A stretch of DNA of 63,732 nucleotides, counting the filler, from Octopus bimaculoides (Eukaryota): the NCBI RefSeq assembly GCF_001194135.2. It is 5 parts of 4 records of this genome, joined end to end, with 100 filler letters (N's around TTAATTAATTAA, not from the genome) between each part and the next. Parts side by side here need not be neighbours in the genome. Positions count along the whole stretch, not along the records: positions 1 to 16,652 come from NC_068982.1; positions 16,753 to 25,744 come from NC_068988.1; positions 25,845 to 41,095 come from NC_069000.1; 2 more parts are not named here. The stretch is one strand, 5' to 3'. A program made the translations under genes and the position numbers. Of this stretch, positions 14,262-26,844 are shown in pieces. The first letter of the stretch is position 1. Every line of letters starts with the position of its first letter. The notes beneath the pieces are model-generated. The model had not been told where the DNA came from, searched no databases, and saw only the letters and a list, made by a program, of their open reading frames with translations.

Positions 14262-16300
14262 TCTCAATGTAGATAATTTTTTGGTTCATTTGTTTCTTTT
14301 TTGTTTTGGAAATATTAATGTTAAACCATTAACTAGCCAAGAGGGAATCATACTAGGATGTTGCAAAACATTGTTGTAAAGTTTTGTTAGCAGTTTATGG
14401 TTCTCTGGGAAGGCATTCAACCAGAAGTTAGGAATGTTATCCTTTCCTGGAGATTTCCGTTTGCTTGACTTCCTGAGAGCAGATCTTATATCTTCTGTCT
14501 TGACACCCTCCCACTTTTGCTCTTCTAAGGAGTCTAAGTCTGTAGATATTCTATCAATCCAAGGGGCCTTTTCATTGTGTCTCTTTTCTTCTTCCCAAAT
14601 TTTATTCCAAAATTCCCTCACTTCTTTTGATGGGACAGACCCTATTGTAACTGGTATTTTCTCTATCTTTCTGTAGAAATTTTTGGGGTTATTTTTGAAC
14701 ATGTTATCCTTGAAGAATCTAACGTGATTTTCATACCTTGCTATGCGGGCAGCACATACCTTTTGCTTGGTGGTTTTTTGGATGGTATCAATGGCAAATA
14801 TGGTTTTCATATTATATTTTTTTTAAATTTTGGGGATTTTGTAAGTTTGATAGACCTGTCAAACTTAAGATTTTTTAAATATTCTATGTCAGCCCTAAGT
14901 AGCTTAATTTGGTGTTGAATACGCTCTTGCCAAGATGGCTTTTTGTGGGAATGTTGTCTTTTTTTAATCTTTTCACCACATAGAATGGTTGAGATTTTTG
15001 TGGATGCATAGTACAGATGGTTGAGATCTGTAATATTAACATCATTAGCTGAAATTATATCCTTAAGTGCAAGGCAGATTTTACCAATTATTTTCAGGTT
15101 TTGGTTAGACCTGCGAATTTTTGAGAGAGTATCGCGTTCATTAAAACTGGTTTCTTTAATTTTCAGCCATTCAATCATGATTTGTTTTTTTTAGATCATG
15201 TAGTTCTGTTGGATCAATTCCTGTGTGACTTTCTTCATCTACTTGATTTTCATCTGCCTTAGTATTTATGGTTGGTTCAGAGAGTAGTTCACTTTGCCTA
15301 TCAGTTACATTAACTCTTTTAATCATTACAGCATTTTCAACAGCCCTGGGCTGGTCTATAATCATTTCCTCTGTAGTATCTTCTTTAGCTGCAGCTTCGT
15401 TCCTTTTATCCCTTACTGCTTGTTCAATTTAGTCAATCACTACTTCAGTTAGTAATTTCTTTTTTATAATGTTTCTTCTGACATTGGCAAGTTTGTTACT
15501 GTCTATGTAGGGTCTTACTTCAAGGTGTTTCTGTCTTCAGTTCAAGTAAGTTTGTAGAGTATTAGATTTATTTGTGGGGAAATATATGGCATGGTAGAAA
15601 GCCATAAGAACTTCTTTATTATCTTCCCTAGACCATTTTTCATTCTTTTTCTTTTTGGTTATTTGATAACGAGCATGGNNNNNNNNNNGATGGACATCTG
15701 TTGAAATATTCTGGTTCTGGGGTACTTCCGCCTCCTGTGTTTCGTGAAGATTTGAACCAGTAGTTGATTTTTTCGGATCGAATTTGGTTCATCATTCGAG
15801 TACGCGGCCATTTGTAATACGGTTGATGAATATTCCGGTTTGTATTTTGTTTTGTTATCAGTGAGGTAAGACGAGCTTCGACGTTGACATTAGGGGACGG
15901 ATCTGTCTGTTTAGGGTTAATTTTTTTAGATATTACCGTCCCCGAGTTCTCTGCATGTAAACATTGCTCATAACGTAGCTTCTTAAGGCTAACAGATCTA
16001 TTTCGAGTACGTGGCCCTTTGTGACCCGGTCGAAGACCAATCTGGTTTGTAATTTGCTTTGTTATCATTGAGGCATGACGAGCTTCGACGTTGACATTCG
16101 GGGACGGATTTGTCTGTTTAGGGTCAATTATTTGAGACAACACAGTAACCGAGTTCTCTGCATGTAAACATTGCTTGTAACATAGCTCCTTAAGGCTTAC
16201 AGGTCTGTATTCGTCTGTTTTTTTTTGATAGATTTATCTCCGAGCATAGTTTTTTGTGGTGTTTTAAAATTTATGAATAGTTCACTCTGTCTGTGTTAGT
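14262..16300 (-). mobile_element. R4/Dong-like (RLE) non-LTR retrotransposon, 5' half, frameshifted
   Basis: Consecutive minus-strand ORF pieces: NKLANVRRNII N-terminal motif, KKPSWQERIQHQIKLLRADI, RYE...F..NPKNFYRK, EFWNKIW, KSPGKDNIPNFWL (pre-RT region). Truncated at the MITE. Confidence 0.85.
15795..16205. repeat. 207-bp tandem repeat (2 units) within the R4/Dong-like 5' ORF
   Basis: PKQT.PSPNVNVEAR recurs at a 69-aa period in ORF 15640-16143. Confidence 0.85.
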
Positions 16301-16309
16301 CTTATTTTT

Positions 16310-16630
16310 ATAGCGTGCTTTCACTTCACTACCGAGCGCAGCTCTGTGTGCCTTGGGTATGTGCTGTGGTTTCCTGTGATGCTCTTATGGTTACTGTATT
16401 TAAAGTGTTTTGCGTAGGATGTGTGCAGTGCCCAGTAGTGCAATTTTCTGTATGTTATATATATTTGTAAGTCCTGGTGTTTTTGTTATGTATTTGTCTG
16501 AATATTTTTATTATACCTAAGGCATCTACTATGATAGGAATTGTTTCTGTTTTTAGATTCCACATTCGAGTTACCTCTATTTCCAGGTCTTTGTATTTTG
16601 AATTTTTTTCCATTTCTTTTAGGGAAACGT
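16310..16630 (-). mobile_element. RLE-type LINE 3' end (endonuclease tail + 3' UTR)
   Basis: KYKDLEIEVTRMWNLKTETIPIIVDALG...IQKIALLGTAHILRKTL. The 5' side joins an (AAT)n tract. Confidence 0.85.
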
Positions 16631-16652
16631 TATTATTATTATTATTATTATT

Positions 16653-16752
16653 NNNNNNNNNNNNNNNNNNNNNNNNNNNNNNNNNNNNNNNNNNNNTTAA
16701 TTAATTAANNNNNNNNNNNNNNNNNNNNNNNNNNNNNNNNNNNNNNNNNNNN
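16653..16752. other. Artificial 100-bp scaffold/contig spacer
   Basis: 44 N + TTAATTAATTAA (stop codons in all six frames) + 44 N. Confidence 0.95.
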
Positions 16753-16791
<39 letters not shown>

Positions 16792-16820
16792 CATACATAC
16801 ATACATATATATATAATATA

Positions 16821-16852
<32 letters not shown>

Positions 16853-17002
16853 CAAAACGGTAGCACTCTTGTCGCGAATACATAGACGTGTGGGTTCGAG
16901 TCTCATACGTACGTCAAACTCTACTTTTTTTCATCTTGGGCTTATATGTAGACTATTTACTTTAATCAATGCACGGTGATCGCTTGTAAGCTTATAAAAT
17001 AT

Positions 17003-17025
<23 letters not shown>

Positions 17026-17055
<30 letters not shown>

Positions 17056-17082
17056 GATAGATAGATAGATGATAGAAAGATA
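17026..17082. repeat. (GATA)n microsatellite (also 5515-5556, 56137-56249)
   Basis: Read directly from the sequence. Confidence 0.95.
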
Positions 17083-17599
17083 GGTGTTTTACAATGATAA
17101 ACACACACATTATGTATTTATATATATTGTATAATGTGTGCGCGTGTGTATAGGTAAGTTAGTAAATGTATATGTGCATCTTTGTGTGTGAATGCTCGTG
17201 TGTATCTTTACGCTGTGTGCGTGGCTGTATGCGTTTTCTCGAGTACGTGCGCATGTGTTTATATACATATATTTTCTGTTTTTCCTACTTTTTCACCCAG
17301 TAAGCCTGCCTTTTGGTCACAACAATAAGTTTCTCACTGATAATGCCTCCCCTTTATATTGCGAAAATGTAAAACATTCTTCCTAAATAAATTGCACTTC
17401 ATCTATGAGGCTACAATGAGGCTATAGGATGTTATTCAGGCACTCAACTAAAGGTCCACTGCATCTTATAGCAGAAGTAGCTTTAAGCTAATTAAGTTCA
17501 TAACATAACCATTGTTTTTGTGTTTTTTTCTTTTTTTTTTATGTGTCATCTCTTTCTGTTCGTATAAACACACACATCTATACATATACGTATTGTTTA

Positions 17600-17765
17600 C
17601 TTGCTTAGTGCCCATGAGTTGTGCAGACCCTCCGAGATCAGTTAGCTTCATGCTCAATGCTGAGGCAGTCCAGCTCCATCAGCATTAACATGAATGGCAA
17701 GAGACAAGAGATCATTTGCCATGAAACGACATAAAAAAGTGGGTTGTGCGTGACCGAATAAGTTG
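17600..17765. repeat. Dispersed repeat, with a related copy at about 18965-19125
   Basis: Both share GACCCTC.GAGATCAGTTAGCTT.ATGCTCAATG and GTGCGTGACCGAATAAGTTG. Family not identified. Confidence 0.55.
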
Positions 17766-18294
17766 CACGCAGCAAGGTGACAAGAGATGAAGTAATGGGT
17801 GTAGATAATCATTATTACAAGAAAAAAAATTGGAAACCCTAGTCCTCAAAGATGACAGTTTTGCTAATGATAGAAAATAGTGCATCCAATCAGAATAGTG
17901 GCATAGACCACTGATAAAATTCTTACCTAATGACTCCGTACTTCTTATTTCACTGAAAATTTTCCTCATAACTTTCTAAGAAATGCATAACTTTTGCACA
18001 GATGCATTTTCAGCTGTGTAGATTACCATGACAATATTAAAAAATGTGAGCTTTGGATCATTCTTCCTCCCCACATTATATTTCTATTTACTTCTCTTTA
18101 AAATATAGATTTTTAAATAAAATTTTCGAGAAATACGGATTTTTTTCAAGGGTAGATATTACGTAATGTTTCTAATATATAAATTTGAAAAAAGTGAAAA
18201 ATACTTAAAAACTTACAGAAATTAGAGGTAACAAAGTTGGGTGGGATGGAAAGAATGATTAGAAACTCTTCAAAAATTTATTTCATTATTATGT

Positions 18295-18445
18295 GTATTA
18301 TATATATGGGAGAATATACAAATAATAACAACAGACGAGGACAGGTGGTGTAAACAACAAAAGGATGTATTAGTATGACGCTCGGGAATACGGAAAGTCT
18401 TTGACGTTTCGAGCTACGCTCTTCAACAGAAAGAATACGGAGATA
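18295..18445 (-). mobile_element. Penelope-like pLTR fragment carrying a minimal hammerhead motif
   Basis: Contains the hammerhead motif at 18398-18434. The downstream ...GAGCGTC segment is similar to 41700-41740. Confidence 0.6.
18398..18434 (-). ncRNA. Minimal type I hammerhead ribozyme motif (PLE-type, extra A after the core, A6U variant)
   Basis: TCTTT-CTGTTGA-A-GAGC-GTA-GCTC-GAA-ACGT-C-AAAGA: stem I 5 bp, stem II 4 bp, palindromic ACGT stem III, GUC cleavage triplet. Confidence 0.65.
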
Positions 18446-18672
18446 TACATGCACATCGTTTATCTTTTATTTGTTTAAGTCATTAGACTGTGAGCATGGT
18501 GGGTCACAGACCTGAAGAATTTTAGTCGAACGAATCGACCCCAGTACTTATTCAGTTTTTGGAATCTAGTACTTATACTATCGACTTTCTTGCCGAACCG
18601 CTAGGCTACGGGGACGTAAACGCACCAACACCGGTTGTCAAACGGTGATGGTGGAACAACCACAGAGAGAAA

Positions 18673-18716
<44 letters not shown>

Positions 18717-19361
18717 CACAAGCGCGCGCACACACACACACACACGTGTATGTACACCGAATAATTTATAAGCATCTTATAAAAGTGGGAAAATTATCAG
18801 GAAAGCTATTTCTATTTTATTTTTCACACACACTCACACACACACACACACACACATACATAGTCAATTCAAATAAACGAATAATAAAATTAACAAACAC
18901 CAGGACTGCACAAGGAATGTATTAGTTTGATGCTCAGTAAAAAGAGACAGTTTTTGACGAGCATAGCTATGTGTACATGAGTTTAGTAGACCCTCTGAGA
19001 TCAGTTAGCTTTATGCTCAATGTTTCTTTTAAACGGAGGTAGTTGACATGAATGGGAAGATGCAAAAGATATCATGTGCTTGGGAAGGACGTAAAAAAGG
19101 GATTTGTGCGTGACCGAATAAGTTGTATATATATGTATACGTATATATATATGTATGTGTGTGCATATGTATATATCTCTCTCTATCGACACACACACAC
19201 GCACAAACACAGATATGTACATATATGCGACGGGCTTCTTTCAGTTTCCAAATCCATTCGCAAAGCTTTGGTCGGTCCGGGGCTATAGTAGAAGACACTT
19301 GCCCAAAGTGCCACGCTGTGGGACTGAACCTGGAACCATGTGGTTAGGAAGCATGCTACAC

Positions 19362-19449
<88 letters not shown>

Positions 19450-20020
19450 GTGTGTGTGAAATTAAAAACAATTCTTTTTCGAAATAATTTATATTCTGAT
19501 AAATGTGTATGTGTGTTTGTCAGTGTGCTGAAGACATTACTTTCCACGCAGTGTGAGTGAGTGTGCGTCTTTGTGCTCAAATGTGTACTTGGTGAATTCC
19601 CATTATTTCAAATCAACATGTATGCTTTGTTTTCAAGTTGTTTTTTTCGTTTTGAATATGAAAATATGTCTTCAAAGTCATAAAGCCAGTACATAATTTG
19701 TCGAAAATATATTTCCCGCGAAATTTACGACACATGTCTATAGTGACATTCTGATGATAATATCTACTCCTCCAGGCATTTAAACATTTCTCACTAGACG
19801 TCACTGAAATTATAATTCATCCACTTTCCCTCACTTAGATTTAACCACTTACATTATCTCTCCATCTATTGTATCAGTCTCACTACCAGTGTAGTAGCGA
19901 GCAATAACATTGTAGCTTTTACTTGTTTCAGTCGTTGGATTGCGGTCACCGCCTTGAAGGAGTTTAGCGATGATGAGGGATAAATACAACGCAAACATAA
20001 AGACACACACACTTACACGC

Positions 20021-20055
<35 letters not shown>

Positions 20056-20119
20056 NNNNNNNNNNNNNNNNNNNNNNNNNNNNNNNNNNNNNNNNNNNNN
20101 NNNNNNNNNNATATATATG

Positions 20120-20150
<31 letters not shown>

Positions 20151-20190
20151 GCATGTATGTATGTATGTATGTATGTATGTATGTATATAT

Positions 20191-21381
20191 AGTCCTGTCG
20201 CAGTTTTGACATGATCACTTTGAGGGTATTTTTTAAAAAAACTAACAGGAAAAATAAGCATTAATTTTTACATTCCAATTTTTTTTTTTCTTAGCAGATT
20301 ACTTTTTACAATAATGGTTAAATTCGTATTAATTTAACACTTTTAAAATGAGTTTAGATCAGTCCATATCAGACACTGCACGATGTATGAATTCAAAACG
20401 GGTTGTTCAGCATTGGAAGCGATGAGAAACATTCGTTCTGTCAATGAAAATAAAGCCTTAAGTGCTAGGATATGCCAACGATTGTTTGGTCAGTTACGCT
20501 CCAGAAATGTTTCGACCGGGTGATGAACTTCTGTCAGTATTGAAAACCGTAGTTGAGGAAGATCCAAAGCAGACTGCACTAGAATTAACAAAACAGTTCA
20601 ATTTGATTCACACTTTGATCATAAAACACTTTCACAAACGAAGAAAAATGCCTAAACTCAGTCAGTATGTCCCTCATCACATGACTGCTTCAAAAAGTTG
20701 TACTCTACTCATCATTGATGAGAAGACTTGCTGCTGAACCTTTCATCGAAAGTGATGGAAAGTGGTTCCTCTATAATTATACCCAACGAAAATAACAGAG
20801 GTTTGCACCCAATAAAAACGGGAGAATCCATCCCCAAATTAGGATTATTCCCCCAAAAGTTACGCTCCGTGTTTGGTGGGATACGAAGGGTATCGTCTAT
20901 CATGAAATGTTAAACCAAAACGAAACAGTTGATGTGGAGAAGTATTGTCGCATATTGAAAACATTGCACAAAATTTGCAGAAAAAGCGACCATTATTGGT
21001 GAATAGTAAAGGGATGTTGCTCATACATGATAATGCAAGGCCACGTATTGCCCAAATCATTCAGAAAAGGATTATGACTCTATATACGGATGGTTTGCCT
21101 CATCTTCCTTACATTCCTAACTTTGTTCCTTCTGACAATCAACTTTATAGATCATTACAGCGTTGTATACAGAGAAAACTGTTTATTGTGAAGTAATTAC
21201 AAATGATATTCAGCGTTTCTTTGCTTCAGAAACTGAAGAATTTTATACCCGATGAGTCAACAATTTGCCAAATAGATAGGATTATTTTATTTAAAAAATG
21301 AGGGGCAATAACTATACTAATTAGGACCAAAGAAACATGTTTCTTTCCCAGTTTGAATTGCGACATGACTTTCTTTCCAAC

Positions 21382-21386
<5 letters not shown>
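20191..21386 (+). mobile_element. Degenerate mariner (DD34D) transposon
   Basis: VEEDPKQT...WVPH-like (YVPH), HDNARP...HLPYIPNFVPSD with 34-aa D-D spacing. TIR remnants AGTCCTGTCGCA (20191) and TGCGACATGACTTTCTTTCCAACATTA (to 21386) next to TA runs. Confidence 0.9.
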
Positions 21387-21433
<47 letters not shown>

Positions 21434-21523
21434 TACACACACATAAATAGATACATACATACACACATGCATACACACATGCATACATACATACATACAT
21501 ACATACATACATACATACATACA

Positions 21524-21554
<31 letters not shown>

Positions 21555-21894
21555 GAATGTAGGACACAATGATACAAATAAACAGATAAAATTCCCAGAG
21601 TTTGATATACAGAACATATATATATATACTTGAATGTTAATCATCGAAAATCTTTCAGTCTTTGCCTTTTCTTTATTCACATGTATACATGTATATATGT
21701 TCTGTATATCAAACCCAAGGAATGTTATCTGTTTATTTAGATCATTGTCTCCATATCTGCACCCTTGGATTCCCCTTTATAACAACTCTTTACCCAACTG
21801 ACTTGGTCCTCGGTAAATATTGAGTGTAAGCTCAAATCTGTTGAGTGCTAAGTATTTTCTATAAAGAGATTCTCTCGATCTCATCTGTTAACTC

Positions 21895-22102
21895 TATGTA
21901 TGTATGTATGTATGTATGTATGTATGTATGTATGTATGTATGTATGTATGTATGTATCTATGTATGTATGTATACATGCGTGTATGTATGTATGTATGTA
22001 TGCATGCGTGTATGTATGTATGTATGTATGTATGTATGTATGTATGTATGCATGCATGTATGTATGTATGTATGTATGTATGTATGCATGCATGTATGTA
22101 TG
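21895..22102. repeat. (TATG)n microsatellite
   Basis: Read directly from the sequence. Confidence 0.95.
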
Positions 22103-23135
22103 TGATGGCTGTCCACTCGTGACCAAAGAAAACCATCACTGACCATTATAAACATTGTGCACTCAAAAACAGAATTATACTTTACACGTGTGGCTTCGCT
22201 CGTGACTAACGAGCCCAGCTCTTGATAGCATACACGACCACAGATACTGTTGACCAAACGCACCAATTCACTACATGGCGGTACGTTTTCGAACAGCTTG
22301 GCGACAGTGCTTGTGCACCATCATCTTAATGTTCAGAACATATGTTTCCCTTAAGACTTCTGTGTCTGGAGTCTGCAAGGGCCAGCAATATTCAGAATAT
22401 ATCTCAGGCATCTACGATTGAAGTGTTCAAGACAATTACATGATCCTGTAAAAGGTTCATGTCTCACATGAGTAAAGAAGCTATGTCAGCACACATGCAT
22501 GATACACAGCAACTTTTGTTCGCCTTGTGATGCCATGTTGGGGTCAGACACGAGACTCAAGAGTCCTGTCAGAATCAGTTGCCTTCTGCAAGCTATTTTA
22601 CCATACAAAGAACAAGAACGGCTCAGTGTATTGCCCAGGTAGACAGACTTGTCTACCACTTTCAGTACTGTTCCTTCAACAAGATGCTTTCACAACAGTC
22701 TTGTCCAGGCTAATACTGAGTCCAAATGTCTTGCAAGAAGCAGGGATATGATCCATGAGAATTTGCATATCTTCATCTGTATGGACAACAAAATTGCAAT
22801 CATACACATAAAGGAGGTCACGAACAAAAGACTTGAAACCTTTCGAACTGGCAGTAAATCGATACGAGTTGAAGAGAAGACCAGAAGTTCAGTATCACAT
22901 ATCTCAGAAGAGCAATCCGCAACAAAAAATGTGTGAGTGGTAGCAAAATACAAAGAAAAGAGAGTTGGAGCAAGGATGTCACCTTGCTTGACACCATTCT
23001 CTACAGGGATGGGTCCCGCTATGTCACTACCGATAAAGACCCAAACTTCCATTCCATCATGAAATGATTTACTTATCGATACAAAGTGACTTGGACAACT
23101 TGACTTGCATATGGGTGGTCTTTTGGGAGTGAGGA
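22103..23135 (-). mobile_element. RTE-clade LINE, 5'-truncated, with (ACAT)n tail
   Basis: GVKQGDILAPTLFSLYF RT motif and C-terminal C2H2-like CGRVC...GLVSHERSH across frameshifts. The 3' end runs into a TATG/ACAT array. Confidence 0.85.
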
Positions 23136-23239
23136 TAAATAGTTCATTCATGTATATTTTAAATATATATTTTTTCTTACACTATTTGCATACATGTGTA
23201 ATCTCTACAGAAACAAGTATAAAGCAAGGGGGATTGTAG

Positions 23240-23787
23240 AAAACCCGAAGTCGAGAGTCTGAAGAGAGAAGCTAGATGAGATATTCTCAAGATCAGCAAA
23301 TGCATGTTGTGGCACTTAATGTTGGAACATTAAATCAATGTTTTAATGATTAGACAGAGGTCCAATAGAATAGCTCTCAGAAACAGACTACGTACAAATT
23401 CGTTCTTCACAACTCCTGAAGCTGTTTTCAGATATGATCCATCCCATTCTTATAAAAAATAACTCTGTCCAAATTGGTGTGCTAAACACAAATTGTCTTT
23501 TCTGTAGAGCTTTAAAATCTTCAAATGAAACAGATGGTATGTGCTGCTCTGGCGGTCAGGTAACATTGCCAGCACAACCAGCTCCTTCTCAACCTCTTAT
23601 GGATCTTCTAGAAGGCATTTCCATCCAGTCAAAGGATTTTCTGAACATCAGACAATACAACTCTGCAAATGACATCGTCTCTTGTCAATGCTGCACTTGC
23701 CCATATCACCTGTTTCAACATAACTGTAATATATTATATACAAACTATGCCGTTTTAATCCCAAGCAACGCCGGGTGTCTCTGCTAG
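23240..23787 (+). mobile_element. Internally deleted Helitron (N-terminal coding relic + 3' terminus)
   Basis: AVFRYDP...CLFCRALK..ETDGMCCSGGQVTLP...SKDFLNIRQYNSA. 3' end CCCAAGCAACGCCGGG hairpin relic followed by CTAG|T. Confidence 0.75.
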
Positions 23788-25246
23788 TATATATGTATAT
23801 ATANNNNNNNNNNNNNNNNNNNNNNNNNNNNNNNNNNNNNNNNNNNNNNNNNNNNNNNNNNNNNNNNNNNNNNNNNNNNNNNNNNNNNNNNNNNNNNNNN
23901 NNNNNNNNNNNNNNNNNNNNNNNNNNNNNNNNNNNNNNNNNNNNNNNNNNNNNNNNNNNNNNNNNNNNNNNNNNNNNNNNNNNNNNNNNNNNNNNNNNNN
24001 NNNNNNNNNNNNNNNNNNNNNNNNNNNNNNNNNNNNNNNNNNNNNNNNNNNNNNNNNNNNNNNNNNNNNNNNNNNNNNNNNNNNNNNNNNNNNNNNNNNN
24101 NNNNNNNNNNNNNNNNNNNNNNNNNNNNNNNNNNNNNNNNNNNNNNNNNNNNNNNNNNNNNNNNNNNNNNNNNNNNNNNNNNNNNNNNNNNNNNNNNNNN
24201 NNNNNNNNNNNNNNNNNNNNNNNNNNNNNNNNNNNNNNNNNNNNNNNNNNNNNNNNNNNNNNNNNNNNNNNNNNNNNNNNNNNNNNNNNNNNNNNNNNNN
24301 NNNNNNNNNNNNNNNNNNNNNNNNNNNNNNNNNNNNNNNNNNNNNNNNNNNNNNNNNNNNNNNNNNNNNNNNNNNNNNNNNNNNNNNNNNNNNNNNNNNN
24401 NNNNNNNNNNNNNNNNNNNNNNNNNNNNNNNNNNNNNNNNNNNNNNNNNNNNNNNNNNNNNNNNNNNNNNNNNNNNNNNNNNNNNNNNNNNNNNNNNNNN
24501 NNNNNNNNNNNNNNNNNTGTGTGTGTGTGTGTGTGTACGACAAGCTTATTTCACATACGGTCAACCAAATGCAGATACAAGGCTTTTGTCGGCCCGAGAC
24601 GATTCTTGAAGAAACTTACTGAGGGCCACGCAATTGGAGTGAACCCGGAAGCATGTGGTTGGGAAGCAAACTCCTCACCTGTAAATATACACACACACAT
24701 ACATACATACATACATACATACATACATACATACACACACACAGAGGCACGCACAAGCACAAACGCACAAATACACACACACACACGCACACACATAAAA
24801 ACACACAAACACGAACAGACAAACATACAAACACAAACACATGAATATGCAGAATACATACATACAAACGTACACACATGCATACATATATACATACGCA
24901 CTCACACATACATACATACATACACACACTTATATGCATGCATACATACATACATGCATGCATGCATGTGTATGTGCACATACACTGACCCACACGCATG
25001 CGCACAAACAAAGAGAACGCATCTCGGATAACGACTATTGACAAGGTTGCAAGACGCAACGAAAATTTTAGGAAAAATAAATAAGTAAATGAGTGAAAAC
25101 TTTACCGGTGAGTGTATTAAATAATAAGGCACTAAAAGAGAATAAATTTCCCCAGTCACAACAAAATTTGCTTCAACACACGAACTCACATAAGGAATCT
25201 TGCAAACCAAAACCAAAAACGAAATATATGTGTATATATATCTTAC

Positions 25247-25601
25247 GGCACTCCGTCGGTTACGACGACGAGGGTTCCAGCTGATCCGATCAACGGAACA
25301 GCCTGCTCGTGAAATTAACGTGCAAGTGACTGAGCGCTCCACAGACACGTCTATCTTTAATGTATTTCTCGGGGAGATTCAGCGTGACACAGAGTGTGAC
25401 AAGGCTGGCCGTTTGAGATATGGGTACAACAGAAACAGGAAAAAAAAGAGTGAGAGAAGGTTGTGGTGAAAGAGTACAGCAGGGTTCACCACCATCCCCT
25501 GCCGGAGCCTCATGGAGCTTTAAGTGTTTTCGCTGAATAAACACTCCAAACGCCCGGTCTGGGAATCGAAACCGCGAGTCCCCTGGCCATTGCGTCTCCA
25601 C
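25247..25601 (-). mobile_element. SINE family A copy
   Basis: Reverse complement of 32211-32596 with a small deletion in the head. Confidence 0.85.
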
Positions 25602-25633
<32 letters not shown>

Positions 25634-25744
25634 TATGTATATATATATATATATGGATTATGTATAAAATATATATTACATATATAAACTTAATATATAA
25701 ATATACGGGACCATGTGGTTGGTGAGCAACCTATTTACCACACA

Positions 25745-25844
25745 NNNNNNNNNNNNNNNNNNNNNNNNNNNNNNNNNNNNNNNNNNNNTTAATTAATTAA
25801 NNNNNNNNNNNNNNNNNNNNNNNNNNNNNNNNNNNNNNNNNNNN
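25745..25844. other. Artificial 100-bp scaffold/contig spacer
   Basis: 44 N + TTAATTAATTAA + 44 N. Confidence 0.95.
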
Positions 25845-26844
25845 TTAAGAGAGAGGCCATTTCAAACAGAAATAATTCTATGCAGGGGGGGGGGATTATG
25901 TCCTCGATTGTTACTACTTCTATAGCCATTCAAAAATCGCTAAATGTCATTTGGCCATAAATCAAACAGTCATTTTGCTCTGGAGCAAGATTAGGCCGTG
26001 TAATTATAATTATAAAATTACTAACACTGAAAAGACTAGCTAGAACGTGCTATAATTATTTAAAGAAATTAACTAGATTTGTAGCTATCAACTCGGTGAT
26101 TATTTTGATTAGCTATGTTGTGCTAAAATACATCAGCTAGAAATTAGTTAAATTAGCAACCCTAATTCAAAAGTTTTGGAACGAAAGAGAAGCGAAGAAT
26201 GTGAATCCAATATGAACGCTCAACATCGTGTAAACAACTAACGAACACTCACACAACATATTATTGAATTATGTTGTAGTAATTAAACTTTCAAAACGAT
26301 AATTATGGTTAGCATTTATTTGCAATTACTCAGGAGCAGGTGTGACAGTGCAGGTGAGAAGCTTCCGTCCCACTGTGCGGCACCTTGGCTAAGTGTGTCC
26401 TCTACTATAGCCCCGGGCTGGCCAGCGAAAACTTTTTCCCTCGAGAGTTCCGGATCCCAGTTATGAACTCATTTGCATACAGCCAATCAGANNNNNNNNN
26501 NTTGAAAGAGAGGATCTGCAGCAATTTTTTCATGCTTGTATCATGCCTAAAGTATTAATTAAGTTTTAAAGAGTTTATTTATTCCTTCCGTTTCTTTTTC
26601 CCTCCTTACACGAGCTACAAAACCTGTTTCTAAGTTAGAACGATATTGTCGACAAAATCACAAACATATATTACTTTTGCTGCTAGTCTCATCGGCTTAG
26701 AAAGCGTAGAAGGCAAAGATCAATCTTATTGAAATTTCAACTACTGCTGGTAGAATACCCAATTATTAATACACAAGTGTTTTTATTGCATGGCAATTAC
26801 ACTACTGAATGTAATAAATGGGTGAGGCGGAAAAGTTATTTTAC

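Noticed and set aside
21226-22266. MYVC/HTYI repeat ORFs here and throughout the window
   Set aside because: They are translations of TATG/CA microsatellites.
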